Below the pieces are notes generated by a model, which did not search any database, was not told the origin of the DNA, and saw only the letters and a program-made list of their open reading frames with translations. The position numbers and the translations under genes were made by a program. A stretch of DNA of 62,986 nucleotides, filler included, from Dimorphilus gyrociliatus (lineage: Eukaryota > Animalia > Annelida): assembly GCA_904063045.1 (NCBI GenBank). It is 4 parts of 4 records of this genome, joined end to end, with 100 filler letters (N's around TTAATTAATTAA, not from the genome) between each part and the next. Parts side by side here need not be neighbours in the genome. Positions count along the whole stretch, not along the records: positions 38,333 to 51,136 come from CAJFCJ010000250.1; positions 51,237 to 62,986 come from CAJFCJ010000196.1; 2 more parts are not named here. One strand, written 5' to 3'. Below, in pieces: positions 46,415 through 59,531 of this stretch (its first letter is position 1; each line of letters opens with the position of its first letter).

Positions 46415-48130
46415 TGTTGGGTATACTTAAAGTACATAAATTCTTCCTATTAAATTAGTATAAAAAAAATTTTTTTTTATTATTTTTGACTCCTTTTTGT
46501 TGATATAGGTAAGGTATAATTAAGTAAATGGTAAATTGATAGGGATTTTTCTGTCCCCCAAAAAAAATAAATAGGAATTTTTACCATAATTTTTTTTTGT
46601 GTATACACTTCCAGAATTAAGTACATAAATTTTTTAAAAAGGATTTTTGTTAAAAATTTTTTGATAAAACTTATTTATTCGATTCTCTCGTATAACCCAT
46701 GGCTAGAATACCAAATATCACTACTTTAGGCGATAAAAGCGATATTATTGACCTTTTATGTAATGGAACAATACCTAATAATTTTAAAGATGAACCAAAA
46801 AGACAGTTCATTAAAAAACGAGAAGGTTTGTCTATAGAGATTCTATTTTATCAATCGAACAGAATAACACAAAAAGGGAGTATATTTGTGATTTTGAAAT
46901 CGAAAGAAAAAAAATATTATCAAGCGAATACATTTACCAGGACACCTTTGTCTAACTAAAATGAAAGAGTTAATTGATAATATATATATCAATATAAAGA
47001 CAAATGATTTAACAGAATATATAAATAGTTGTGAAGGCTGTCAAAGAGAAGTAAACTTGAATGTTCAACGACCTATAACACCAATTCTTGTATTTAATGT
47101 ACATGAACGATTACAAGCAGATATTGTTGATATGAGCACTTATTCACAGTCAAATGGAGATTATAAATATGTTTTAAATTTGATTGATTGTTTCTCAAAG
47201 TTTGTTTTTAGCTATAAATTACACAATAAAAGCTCTGAATCTGTATTGGAAATTTTAGAAATATATTTTATTCAGAAGGTCCTTGGAAACTCTCCATACA
47301 GATAATGGAAGAGAGTTTGTCAATCAAAGAGTAAGAATATGCTCTACTTTCAATGTAGAACATTTAACTGGACGCTCTAGACACCCACAATCACAAGGAG
47401 TTGTGGAAGATTTAACAGGATATTTAAGCTAAGACTAAGAGAGGCTTTAAGTGGGTCTACTAATTGGATTAGTATTCAAGATGATATTGTATACCAATAC
47501 AATAATAGTAAACATAGTGCCACTGGATTCAACCCCTTTGTGCTATTTAAAAATGTAGACCCTAATAATTTCAACAATAACAATATTTTAGCACTTCAGA
47601 CTGTAAGAAATAATTATATTAATTATGTAAGTGGCTATATCAATGAGTATAACAGTAGAGCAGCGAATAATAACCCAATTTTAGAGGTGATAGGTGCTTA
47701 CTTGCGAGGGATTTCGACAGTAACATTAATACTAGACGACTTCCCTAACATCATTATATCATGAAGAAATATATACTGTTATATCAGTCTATAATGACGA
47801 TAAATTTCGATAAAGATGAAGATAATAATATAAAGATGGCTTCGAAATATGTTTTGAAACGTCTCATTGAATAAATGAGTTTTATCAAAAAATTTTTAAC
47901 AAAAATCCTTTTTAAAAAATTTATGTACTTAATTCTGGAAGTGTATACACAAAAAAAATTATGGTAAAAATTCCTATTTATTTTTTTGGGGGGACAGAAA
48001 AATCCCTATCAATTTACCATGTACTTAATTATACCCTTACCTATATCAACAAAAAGGGTTCAAAAATAATAAAAAAAAAATTTTATACTAATTTAATAGG
48101 AAAAGTTTATGTACTTAATTATACCCAACA
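46415..48130 (+). mobile_element. Ginger/TDD-like DNA transposon with retroviral-type integrase and about 265-bp TIRs; frameshifted
   Basis: 46415-46680 is the reverse complement of 47869-48130, with TGT..ACA termini. Coding fragments: CEGC, LQADIVDM, YKYVLNLIDCFSKF, TDNGREF and RHPQSQGVVE. No RT. Confidence 0.82.
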
Positions 48131-48720
48131 ATTATTTTCCTATAGATAAAGTTGAACACTTTCGTTCCTTTTTAATTAGATTATATTTTATTAAAATCTC
48201 TATTGTCGTTTTCTCATCTACCGTCTCTAAAACAAAACTTCTATATTTCATTAAGGGGATAAATAAATTTTTTGAATAAATAAGACTTTTATTATAAAAC
48301 AACAAAAAAAATCTCCCCCCCATTCTTCAATTTTATCTTGATCAAACCTCCCATCATTTTTGATCGAAGGGGAACATACTTCAACCTTGTCCTTTTTTTA
48401 CTATAAAAAAGACAAAAACTGCTGATGAATAAAAAAGAAGATTTATCGTAATAAAAAGTAGTAAAACAACAATAATAACTTATATATGGACAGGTTATAA
48501 TTACATCCAATCACTTAATATGAAACACTCGAAAATAAATCATAAAAAATACTTTGTAGATCCAAGAATCGTAAAATTAACACACAATTGGTAGAAAACA
48601 AATGGAAATATCTAAAAGACTCCCTTAAAGCAAAGGATCTAATATTTAAAAAAAAATTAAAAGTTATATAATGGAATATAGCTATATCATCAAGAAAAAA
48701 GGTATTTTACTGAATATTAG
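48131..48720. mobile_element. Fragments of further Merlin elements
   Basis: Minus strand MKYRSFVLETVDEKTTIEILIKYNLIKKERKC (N-terminus). Plus strand near 48525-48640 HSKINHKKYFVDP and TQLVENKWKYLK (C-terminal motifs). Confidence 0.6.
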
Positions 48721-48854
48721 AACTATTTAAAGTAAACTAATGCTATATCGTTTTTTGATACCTTTTTTCATTTTTTTTTGGGACCGTTAATACGACTTTT
48801 TATTGAAATATGCATTTATTATAAAAATTAAACTGAATAGAATTTAATGTTCAA

Positions 48855-49949
48855 TCACATCACAGAACAAGAACTGTTATTATTGCGATTTTCATATAAA
48901 TTATCGGTTACCTTACGAATTAGTTTGTAATAAACTGTATAATTTTTATAATACCAAGTCTTAAAAGAACCTCCAATAACCATTTCATAGCAGATATCAA
49001 AAGTAAATTCTCTTAACGTATCTTTCCATAAATCTTGATAGTGCTTATCGATTTTGCTTAAAGCAAGTTTATCATCTTTAATATCTCCAATATAATTAAC
49101 AATCACAGCATCAAATATGATTGAATAAACATCGTAGTACATCCCATAACATGTTATAAGAAGAGTGTAAAACGTTATATTATAAGATAAAAGTTCCTCA
49201 AAGGTACGTATTTTTTTATTTTCTTTATTTTGTTCTCTTAAAAATATACTATTAGTATAGTCTTGATATTCTTTGGCCCAAACCCTCTGAAACTTTTGTG
49301 AGACTTTCAGTAGTTCATCTTTTAGTTTAAAAATGAAGGTTTTATATGCAATTTTATCATTGAAAAAAGCTTCAATTTTTCGTAAAAAGTATCTTTTGAA
49401 ATATTTTAGGTAAAAATGTTTTTTTGCTGTAAAGAAGAAATCGTATTCTTCGTTATATTCGTTGCTGATTTCTTTTAAAACATTTTTTTCTATTTCTATA
49501 ACTTTTAATATAAAGGTTTCAAATTCATTCAAAATATGTTCTTTGAGTTTGGACTGGAATGTACTCTTGTCCATATTGGATTGATTCTTCACTTTTTTAA
49601 AATAATTATTTCCAACTATGCTTATAGTTTGGCCTCCTATCTGTGCCTTTAGATATGGAAACAGAACTTTCGTAGGTTCTTTTTCTAATCTATCAAAATA
49701 TTTTGTCTTTACCTTTCTTAGTCTTTCTTTTTCATCGTATAAATTCATTTCTTGTGAGATTTTTTTGCATTTTACGTCCTTGTGAATAAAAATTCTTGCA
49801 TAATCTATACAAAATTTTCTTTCTTGGAAAAAACGTGGCACCTTCTTTTGTTTATGATAAACTTTACCATCAAATATATCACTATCGTGTGGCATGTAAC
49901 CTAAAATTGTAATAAAAAGTGATAATAGTAAATATATTTTTATAATCAT
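48855..49949 (-). CDS. Intact S2-family secreted protein (364 aa from ATG 49949), unknown function
   Basis: Signal peptide MIIKIYLLLSLFITILG; intronless; rich in Lys, Tyr and Phe; paralogue of the disrupted copy at 44744-45161. Confidence 0.78.
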   Translation of the reverse strand: MIIKIYLLLSLFITILGYMPHDSDIFDGKVYHKQKKVPRFFQERKFCIDYARIFIHKDVKCKKISQEMNLYDEKERLRKVKTKYFDRLEKEPTKVLFPYLKAQIGGQTISIVGNNYFKKVKNQSNMDKSTFQSKLKEHILNEFETFILKVIEIEKNVLKEISNEYNEEYDFFFTAKKHFYLKYFKRYFLRKIEAFFNDKIAYKTFIFKLKDELLKVSQKFQRVWAKEYQDYTNSIFLREQNKENKKIRTFEELLSYNITFYTLLITCYGMYYDVYSIIFDAVIVNYIGDIKDDKLALSKIDKHYQDLWKDTLREFTFDICYEMVIGGSFKTWYYKNYTVYYKLIRKVTDNLYENRNNNSSCSVM

Positions 49950-51136
49950 TTTATGGATAATTGGATTTTTCATTTTGGGATATTTTTTTTAAATTTAGAA
50001 ATATTTTGATATATCACAAAAGTTTCTTTATATTCTAAATATTACCATATTAATTTAGATCTTTATGTATATTAAGACTATTCATATAGATCTACCATTT
50101 CAATGGCTAAATGAGATAGTTTTATACGGATTTATAAGTTACTTAAATAATTATTAGAAAGAGAATAGAATTTGTATTTTCTCTCGCTAAACCCCATTAT
50201 TGGAAGTTAATACCTTTTAATATTAGATATTTAAGTTTAAGTAATACAATACGTATTAGTGGGTTTTCTTTTTTCTGGTATTAATATATATTATGTATTA
50301 GTAATGTCTTTTCTTTTTGTTACTAAAGTACATTACGTTTTATTAATGTCTCTTCTTTCTGTTGTTAAAATCATTATTTATTTATTTATTTAATACGTAT
50401 CTCTATAATAACCTTCTAGTTTTAAAACTATGTTTTATCTCTTGAACAGAATGGAAAAAAAATTATTATATTCAAGAGAGTATTGGCTAATTTGAATTAA
50501 AAACTATTAATTTTCTTAACAGGTAAACGTTGATTTAGAGTCATACTAATAAAATTTTTAATCCAGTTTGAAATTTTTATATATATAAAGTTTGTAAAAA
50601 ACAATATATTTTACTTTTGTCAGTTAAATGAGAAGGATAGTTTAATTCTCTGTGTATATCTGGATTAAACTTTACTTTATTCCGTATTTTTTTATCATAT
50701 ATGTTTTTACAAATGTTCATTATAAAAAATGATACTCCATCTTTTCTATTAAGAAAGAACATTTATTTGTAAGAGACCAATTCTTTATAGGTCAAAATTA
50801 AGAAAAGATTAGTAAACGGATGAGAAGTTAATTTTCGGGTAGTAGAACTAATATAAAAGAAGTTAAAAACGCCTGCTTTATTATCGAAAGGTTCAACAAA
50901 ACTCTGGCAACATAGTTTATAGGTTAATTGGATAGTGCTATAATATGACTTAGAACAAAAACAAGAAGCTTGTATTTGATATAAGTAAGTTATACACATG
51001 AGCTATCCTTACTTTGAAACATAAAAGATCTACGAAAACAACAAAGGTTTTTAACACCTAGTAAGTCCTTTTTAAGGTACTTTCACATGATTTTATATTT
51101 TTTTCTACATCCGATATTAATTTATAATGACAAAAA

Positions 51137-51236
51137 NNNNNNNNNNNNNNNNNNNNNNNNNNNNNNNNNNNNNNNNNNNNTTAATTAATTAANNNNNNNN
51201 NNNNNNNNNNNNNNNNNNNNNNNNNNNNNNNNNNNN
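51137..51236. other. Artificial contig linker
   Basis: 44 N + TTAATTAATTAA + 44 N. Confidence 0.97.
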
Positions 51237-52124
51237 TGGTAAATATGAATTTATTACTTTGGAAAGCGATTTATATCAGAAATTCCTAGAGACACCTTAA
51301 TTAATTATTAACAGAAGTAATCTCTATTGTTTATCTCCAGTTGTAGACAATATGAGGGAGTATGAAACACGTGATAATTCTATAGTGTCTATTGTGTTTT
51401 GTTAATTTATAAATACCATAGCTGTGTTGATGATTTAATCTATGAAACAGTTACAGTACATGGCATATTCATCAATAATTACAAAATTTTAGCAGTAAAT
51501 AACTTCCAAGAGTTACCAATGGCAACGCAACAAATATCTATAGTAATAACTGGTAGGCAGGTTTAATTATCCCGACTTATGTCATAAGTCTATAACCAAT
51601 TGTAATGATACCAACCAATGAATCTCTGAGAAACTCTAATAAAAGCTGTGATGAGTTTTTCAATTAAATTCAATGTCACTTCCAAAGCATTGTAAACATT
51701 CTCAAAGGTGATCTTGAAGCGGAATGGTAGAAGTTTGAAGACGCAACTATAGTAGACAGATCTAAAGAGTCCAATTATTTATTAATATACAGTATATAAA
51801 CAAATATTATTTCGGGTATGTTCGGGTTTTTATACCAGGTGAACTTTGTAATGTGATAGGATGTATAATTTGTTTTCGAGTTCTTTTCTACATTTGAACA
51901 TTGCCTAGCATTAGTCGAATAAAGTAATGAATGTAGAGAAAATCTGTTAATTAAAAGCTATTTTACCAACTATCTCATTACCATTAATTAAAAGTAATTA
52001 AAATATTTTCTAATGTTACTTTTTAAAAAATATAATGTGAAATCTTGTTAATATAAAAAGTATTATTTTAAGAAAAAAATTGATTTGAAAATTGTTTATT
52101 TACTTTTTATCAGAGAATGTCAGA

Positions 52125-55100
52125 ATGTTTTTAATAATATTCAATTTTCTTTTTATATTCCTTACCAATTGTCTAGTTAATAAGAATTTTGACTTGGAAA
52201 TTATACAAAATAGTACAGCTTATATAATTGGAAAATTATTGATTAAGCAACCTAAAATTAAATCAAAAACACTTTTAAAAATGGAAAAATGCATTATGGA
52301 TAAATATTTTCCAAATATTTGTAAACAATTCAACTACGATCCAATTTTTAACGAATATTCATCCTGTCCTCGAAATACCAGTTTTTATTTCTTTTTTCAT
52401 TAAAAAACATTTCTTTTGTATTGCTTCCATATTCAGTAGACGCAATTGTACAATACTACTCAACTGTGGATAAATTCAAGAAATGTTGCAGTTTGTAAGT
52501 TGTAAATTTAGTTTCTGATTTTTATTAAAACAAGAAATTTTCCTCTAAAAGTTTATTAACTGAAAGAAAGAAGAATGAACATGTTGAATATGTTTGTTTT
52601 AAATGTTTTAAAACAGACGTTCCATGTATTATATTCAAAATATATCTAAATTTATTTAGAGGCCTAATTCTACAGGTTTTATTTCACCAATAGATTTCTA
52701 TGTAACACCATTCTCAAACAATCCATCACTGTTTGAATCTCATTTGAGGTATAAAAAATTACTTTATAGAATGGCCAAGTCAAATTTTACAAGGGAAATA
52801 TGCAAAAATTCTCATTTCTTGTATCATACAACTTTTTATTATTCCCCTAAACTCATTGAAATTGCAAATTTTCGAGGAGATTCATTCGAAATGAAAACTT
52901 CTAGAAATAGATATTTTAAAGCAGTTGTTTGTAATTTTGGTGAAATTCAAAGTTAAAAAACAAACAAATTGATATTAAAATCTTCCTTGTTAACTTTTTA
53001 TCATCAATTTTTTTAATAGGAAATGCATATAATGTGACGTTTTCGCCTAATAAAGACGATGTTAAAAAAGTCCTTAATGACACTTTTTATTCAAAAATAT
53101 TTGATGACCTCAATGAAATTTCTAAAATTGAACTAAAGGCACTAAACAAAAGCTGTATTGAGCAAAAGAAAGTACTTTCAGCAAGACATTTCAATCATGT
53201 TCATGACAATTTGGTTAAAATTCAACTGATTTCTTTTTACCAGTCTGTATTCTTTTTCTTTTTATAGAATTCGGAGATTTGCTCTACTAGATTTCATGAA
53301 ATTGGCTTAATTGTTCCTGTAAGCAGTTGTTATTTTCTATTCAATATTTGGAGATTTCTTTGCGTTCTATTTATCAATAATGAACTGAGTTAACACCAAA
53401 TACATCCCCTACATAAACAACTCAATTATACAAATCTTCTAATAAAACACATTTTTATTTTCAATTTCCAGTTCAATCTCACTAATCAACCTATCTATTT
53501 GCATTGTAAGAAACTAAATGACTCTAGATACCTCTGTTCAATTCATGAACAAGTTAAAACAGTAGATATGATGAGCTTTATCTGTGAAGAAAATCATCAA
53601 TTCTTATCAGGTTTACAAAAAAAGTTATGATAATTAGATCATTACACATAACGCTTTGCTTTTTTAAATCTACTAGATGGAGACGTAAGATTTTACGACG
53701 ATTATAGTGGTTACATTTATAAGAATACATTGTCAAATTCTATGTCACGTGGCATTGGAGCTTTTGAAGTGTTTAAGTTTAGTGTTTGGTGGTCAGTCAA
53801 CCAACTTACGATTAATCATCGAGAAGCGAATCTAATTTGTAAAAATTTCGGATTCGAGTCTGGTTCTCTGATTATAATGAATGTAAATTTTAAATCAACT
53901 GCAAACCCGATAGCCTTTTATGATCTAGTTTGTCTAAAAAGCAATACTTCTGTAAAAGAATGTCTATATAAGAATATGGCGGAAACGAAACTAAATTTAC
54001 TGTATCTATTAATGAATGAAATATGACTACTGGTTATTATATCGTTAATAAATAATTATTTTTATAGGCCTATTAATCTAGTTAAAAAAATTAATGAAAA
54101 CGTAAAAATTAAGTGCACAAATGTCAAAGGAGAAGGTATGTTGATTGAAGAAATTCAATAGCTGTTGGATAATTTATTTTTGATAATAGAATGTCCAGAT
54201 GAGAAAAATGCTTACAAAATAGCAGATGTCTGTTATTATATCTATGATCAACAGAGAAAGTTTTCAATTGAAACCCTGAGAGGAAATTGTGAAAAGAAAC
54301 ATTTAGAAATGATTGATGAACCATTAAATTTTGAAGTTATACTATACGATTTTCTAGTAGTATTGAGATTGTATTTATTGGAAATTTTAAAAGAATCTAT
54401 CAGTTCATTAGACGATTTGAAAACAAATAGAAATAATTTATTAGTAATTCCAACTGGTTAGAAAAATAAATACGAAAATAACTTTTACAATTATTAAATT
54501 TGAAGTTAATTAGCATTGAAATGGATGACTGTAAAGTCTACTAATAAGCCAAAACTACTCTCTCCAACACATATGTACTCAAATTTTTGGTCTGGATTCC
54601 ATACAGATCACAATCAGATTATAAAGTAAAGGCAATTAATTCAATTTTTGATTTAATTCGCTTTTCTTTTTCTACCCGTTTATATAGTTCAGAAAATATT
54701 TTATTAATACAAAATGATAAGGATAGTGAATGTTTTCTACTTAAACGGATAACAAATAATAACGGGCCACACGAAGTAACATTCTATTTAAAAATGTCAA
54801 CTTCTTGTACAAAGAGAATAAAAATCTCTCTATTTTGTCAGAAACTTTTGAGTAAAGATTAGTTAAGTTCCTTAGATATAAAACCATTTTTTAAATTTAT
54901 CTAGAATCATCCATGGTGCAACAATCGATTATGGATAGATATATCAATGTTGCATTATTCAATTGTCCTCATTCAAGCTTTCACTGTGTCAAGGATAACA
55001 TTTGTATATCTCTTCTGGAAATTTGCAATGGTCATTCCGATTGTTTATCCGGAGAAGATGAAGAGAATTGTACTCAAACATCTAAATTCTTTTGCGATGA

Positions 55101-57956
55101 TGATAAAGCAATAATCCTATATCAAAATGTCTGCAACTACAGGAATGATTGTCTTGATGGCTCAGATGAAATTCATTGCTGTGAGTCTAAGGAAACATAA
55201 AAATACTAAAGTTATCACACAACATTTTCCTTTTCAACAGTTCAAAAGCCTTGTTCAGAAAATGAATTGTATACATTTAAATTTCAAATATTTAAATATA
55301 AAAAGAATCTATTTACAGACAATGTAAAAATATGGAATGTACTTTTAAAGACAACGTTTGTAATTCTGAGGCAAATTGTTTCGACGGAAGTGATGAAGAC
55401 TGTTATTCATTTTCAAACAACCAATCAAATCGTTTCAATCAGTTTGGTAAGTAGGAAAAATTTTCTTTAAAGTTAAGATAGTTTATGTAAATTTTTTTTA
55501 TAAAAAACCCAGGTTGTAATAAACAAACTTATTTTCTGTGCGATAATGTTTGTACATTAAGAAGTGTAAAATGCGATTTTGTAATTGATTGTTTAGACGG
55601 AAGTGATGAGGATATAGCTGCCTGTTCCAGAGGAGTTTACTATAAGACAAACTTGTATGTTCTCTTTGAGTAAGTGTCCAAGGCCTATTAAATATGCCAT
55701 TAAATGTGTTTTAAGAATACAAACAAGTAAAAGATGTGAACTTCTATACGATTCAACTGGTAATCTACAAACCCGGGTAAGAAAACCAATAGGACTATTA
55801 TCCAATTGCAGTAAAACATTCTGCCATACTGGAGAATTTTTATGCCAAACAAGCCGTTACTGCATTTCAATTGAGCAAGTATGCGATGGAATTAACAATT
55901 GTTGGTATAATGACGATGAAATTGATTGTGGTAGGAAAATAAAAAACAATCTCATCAGTTTCCCATTCAAATTTTGTTTGCTTGTTTACACTTTTAGATG
56001 TTTACAAACCTACAGGCTTCTTTAAATGCCAAAGACAGAATAAATATATTAACATCAGTAAAATTTGCGACGGAATTATCAATTGTTTTGAAGGGAATGA
56101 TGAGATTTTCTGCCCAAAGACAAATCATTCTTGTCCCTATTCCTGCACCTGTCCACTGCCATTCGAGATCTATTGCCAAACTGGAAATGAATTATTCAAC
56201 ATTGAATCAATATCTTCCCTAAAATTGAAAAGAGTATACATAAAAAATTCTTTAAATTTGACTGGTTCAATTCAATCTTTTGAATTGATTGATTTAAAAA
56301 TTCAAAATTCAAAAATTGATAATCTACAAAAATATTTTACAATTCCAAATATAGTTTTGTTGAATTTAACAAATAATAAAATATCTGACCTTCTCTCTGT
56401 GTTATCACGCAAAAGAAATCCATTATTGCAATTATTAGATATTTCTTATAATCCTATTGAAAAACTTGGCGATTTTAATACTTATGAATTTTTAAGAGAA
56501 CTCGACATTTCATTTACAAAAATTTCTATTCTCGAATTTAAATCGCTCTACAAACTACGTAAATTAACAGTTTTAACAATAAAAGGCTGTCGATTGAATT
56601 CTATTGAACGTAAAGTGTTCAAATTCTCTAACATAAAATCGTTAGATCTAAGCCTAACGATAATATCTAAGGGCGATTATATGAAAATTTTAATTGAGTA
56701 TCTAGATAAGGTTGAAGTGATAAAAAGTGATTATTACAGATTATGTTGTTTTGCATGGAAATATGTTAAATCAATTATGGAATGCACTCCAAAATCATCA
56801 ATATTTAGTACGTGTTCAGATTTATTAGCTTCCTTACTACTTAAAGTACTTTTATGGATATTTGGAATATTTGGAATAGTATTGAATACAATGTGTATTT
56901 ATCTTTATCTTTCTACTCAAAATACTTTTAGCAATATATTCTATTTGATAATGTCGTTTTCTGACATGTTGACAAGTGTTTATCTTCTATCCATAGCAGC
57001 AGCAAATGTATATTACCAAGGAAGATTTTTTGAGTATAAAGACGAATGGACAACTGGCATTGTTTGTAAAGTAATTGCACTATTAATGAACTTTTCCCTG
57101 CTGTCTTCAACTACCAGTCTTCTTTCTATTAGTTTTCAAAAATATTTCGGCATATTTCATTCCAGGAATCATTTTTTTAATAAGCTCAATATCATTGCAA
57201 TTATTGTTGGAAGTACAAGTTTGAATTCTTTTTTAAGTTCATTTCCGGTTTTTTATTTTCAAGTAAGTTTGATAAATGGAAAAATTCATAATTTTCTCTA
57301 TGGTTTTTTTTTGTTCAAAAGAATTATTTAAATAATTCACCCGTTTGTTTTAAATTACATATAAGAAGTGAATTGGGAAACGAGACATTGTATTCATTTA
57401 CTATATTTGGATTATATATATTTGTAATATCACTCATTAACACATTTTGCTATATAAAAATAATAGCATTTGTGAAAAGGAATTCAGGAAAATTTGAAAA
57501 AACAAATAGAACTTTTGGTAGGAAATCAATATCAAAAAAGATTTATTTGATAATAACAACAAACTTATTGTGCTCCATACCAATATCCTTCCTTGGTATG
57601 GCTCTTTAGTTTTCTCTTTGTCGATGATTCAGAGATACTTGTGTCTCTGAACTACACACTAGTTTCCTAAACTGTAATTCTGATCTTGACATTCATTATC
57701 TCTTATAGGTATTTTATCAAATGTTATTCAAATTAAGATGAGTAATGACATCTATTCGTTAATTATTCTGATATTTATTCCAATTAATTCCGTTCTAAAT
57801 CCTTTATTTCACAATTCGTCTCAATTTTCAAAAATGATTAAATTAAAGAAAGTTAACGCCATAAAGGAAAAGTTTGAGTCTTTTTTAATTTGCTCTTTAC
57901 ATCACTTTAAATTGTATTTCAATCAGAATGAGAGCAGACAAATTGTTAATGAATAA
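52125..57956 (+). CDS. GRL101-like LDLa-LRR GPCR (type C LGR), multi-exon; 5' exons uncertain and possibly disrupted
   Basis: At least five LDLa repeats (CLSGEDEENC, CLDGSDEIHC, CLDGSDEDIAAC, CWYNDDEIDC, CFEGNDEIFC), CPYSCTC, LRRs, YRLCC hinge, CSDLL, and TM1-TM7 ending NSVLNP. Signal-like MFLIIFNFLFIFL at 52125. Confidence 0.8.
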
Positions 57957-59470
57957 TGTAAGATTTTCCGGTAGGAACTTAACTATGTTTTTCTTTTTTA
58001 TTGAAAAAATAAAGAAAATGTATATTTTTGTCTTCAAAGCTTGTGTCTTTATGAATAAATCATTTTCAAATCACCTTAAACTTTGTAAATGTAACGCTCG
58101 TAAGGAGGATGATGGTAATGACAATTTTTGTCAAAAATCTGATTGGATAAAATATATTTCAAATATTGACACACTTTTAAACATATTCTATTGTTCGATT
58201 AAAGCAATATTATTTTGTCACAAAAGCAATTTTACACTAAATGGGCTATTTACTCAATCTATGATAATAGATGAAGTTTGTTTCAATTTTAACTTCAAAT
58301 GTTAATAAAATTCTTTTTTTATAAAAATATTGACAGCAAATACGACCACCTAGAAGATTCTATGTTAAACCAAAAGTTCTTCTTCCTTTCACAAATGAAT
58401 TGGAAAAGGAAGACATTCTTGCATATGGTCAAGTGTGTAGAAAATTATTACAAAAGAGAATGATAATAAAGTTAATTTATTAATTGATTAACATATTTTT
58501 TCTATATACAATCATATAAAAAATTGAAAACAAAGTATTCTTTATACATTGTATAAATTCTATATTCTAATTGTCATGTGACTAAAATATTTTAAGAATA
58601 AGTCTAAAATTTAATTTCAAATTAGTAATCTAGAGAATGTCTAACTGAAAATTTTACAGATTTTACAGAGAATTCATAGTTAAAAAGTACACTAATTTAT
58701 TCTTTTGACTAAAAATTTATTTATCTCATTTGCATGCTAAGTAGTTTAGATTAACATTATAAAGAGAGCAGTCTTTTGTGCTAATTATGCTTAGTTTCGG
58801 AAAATTTTCATCAGTTTACAATACATATTAAAATTTCAAATTTACTCAATTGCCACGTGCCATGTAGAAAAAAGAGAGGCATGAATGACAAAAGAGTTTC
58901 ATAGAAGACAAGAGTTTTTATAATTGCATCTAGTAAAATACCAACAGATGACGCTCTCGTCGCGTTCATTCAATGTTTGTAAGAGGTTATAGAATACTTG
59001 GAATACTTTCAATTTCTCAATCTATATGTGCTTGGTTCTTTTGCACTTCAGTGGATAGAATAAGAAATAGTAAGCATTAGGCATATTTTTGGGTGGAGCC
59101 TTAGATACGTGGATGTTTTCAACAACATCTATTATTAAAAATTTATTAGAATCCATATATAGATATACTTTCTATAAATCTTTTGGATATCTGCCAAAAA
59201 AAGTGAAAAATAATGTTTAAGATGAAATAGTATTGAAGAAGCCTTGGCCTCGTGTTTAAAATTTATGCAGAATAGTTCCAAATAGAACTGATTTCGGTGT
59301 TTGCGTCAAAGGGAAGCAGTTTTTTTCTTAACTTAATTTAGCTTTTGAAACGAAAAAAGTAAAAAATGAATCATTTTTTTACACATAAATTGTTTTCCTT
59401 TGTATTTTTATTTACTGGATTCATATATTAAATAAAAAACACAATTTTTCTGTTCTATGCGTTTGTAAAT

Positions 59471-59531
59471 ATGAAAACCCTACTTTTGGTTGCAATTTGT
59501 GCAATCTTGATTGGATTGTCACTTTCACAAG
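59471..59531 (+). CDS. First exon (signal peptide) of an unidentified secreted protein
   Basis: MKTLLLVAICAILIGLSLSQ followed by a donor G|GTAATC; downstream exons not traced. Confidence 0.5.

Noticed and set aside
46699-47764. Polinton/Maverick or LTR-retrotransposon integrase
   Set aside because: The integrase is enclosed by TIRs in a 1.7-kb unit, with no PolB, ATPase, capsid or RT.
50577-50999. Two short minus-strand ORFs at the end of contig 3
   Set aside because: Possibly a broken gene, but there is no recognisable motif or paralogue in the window.
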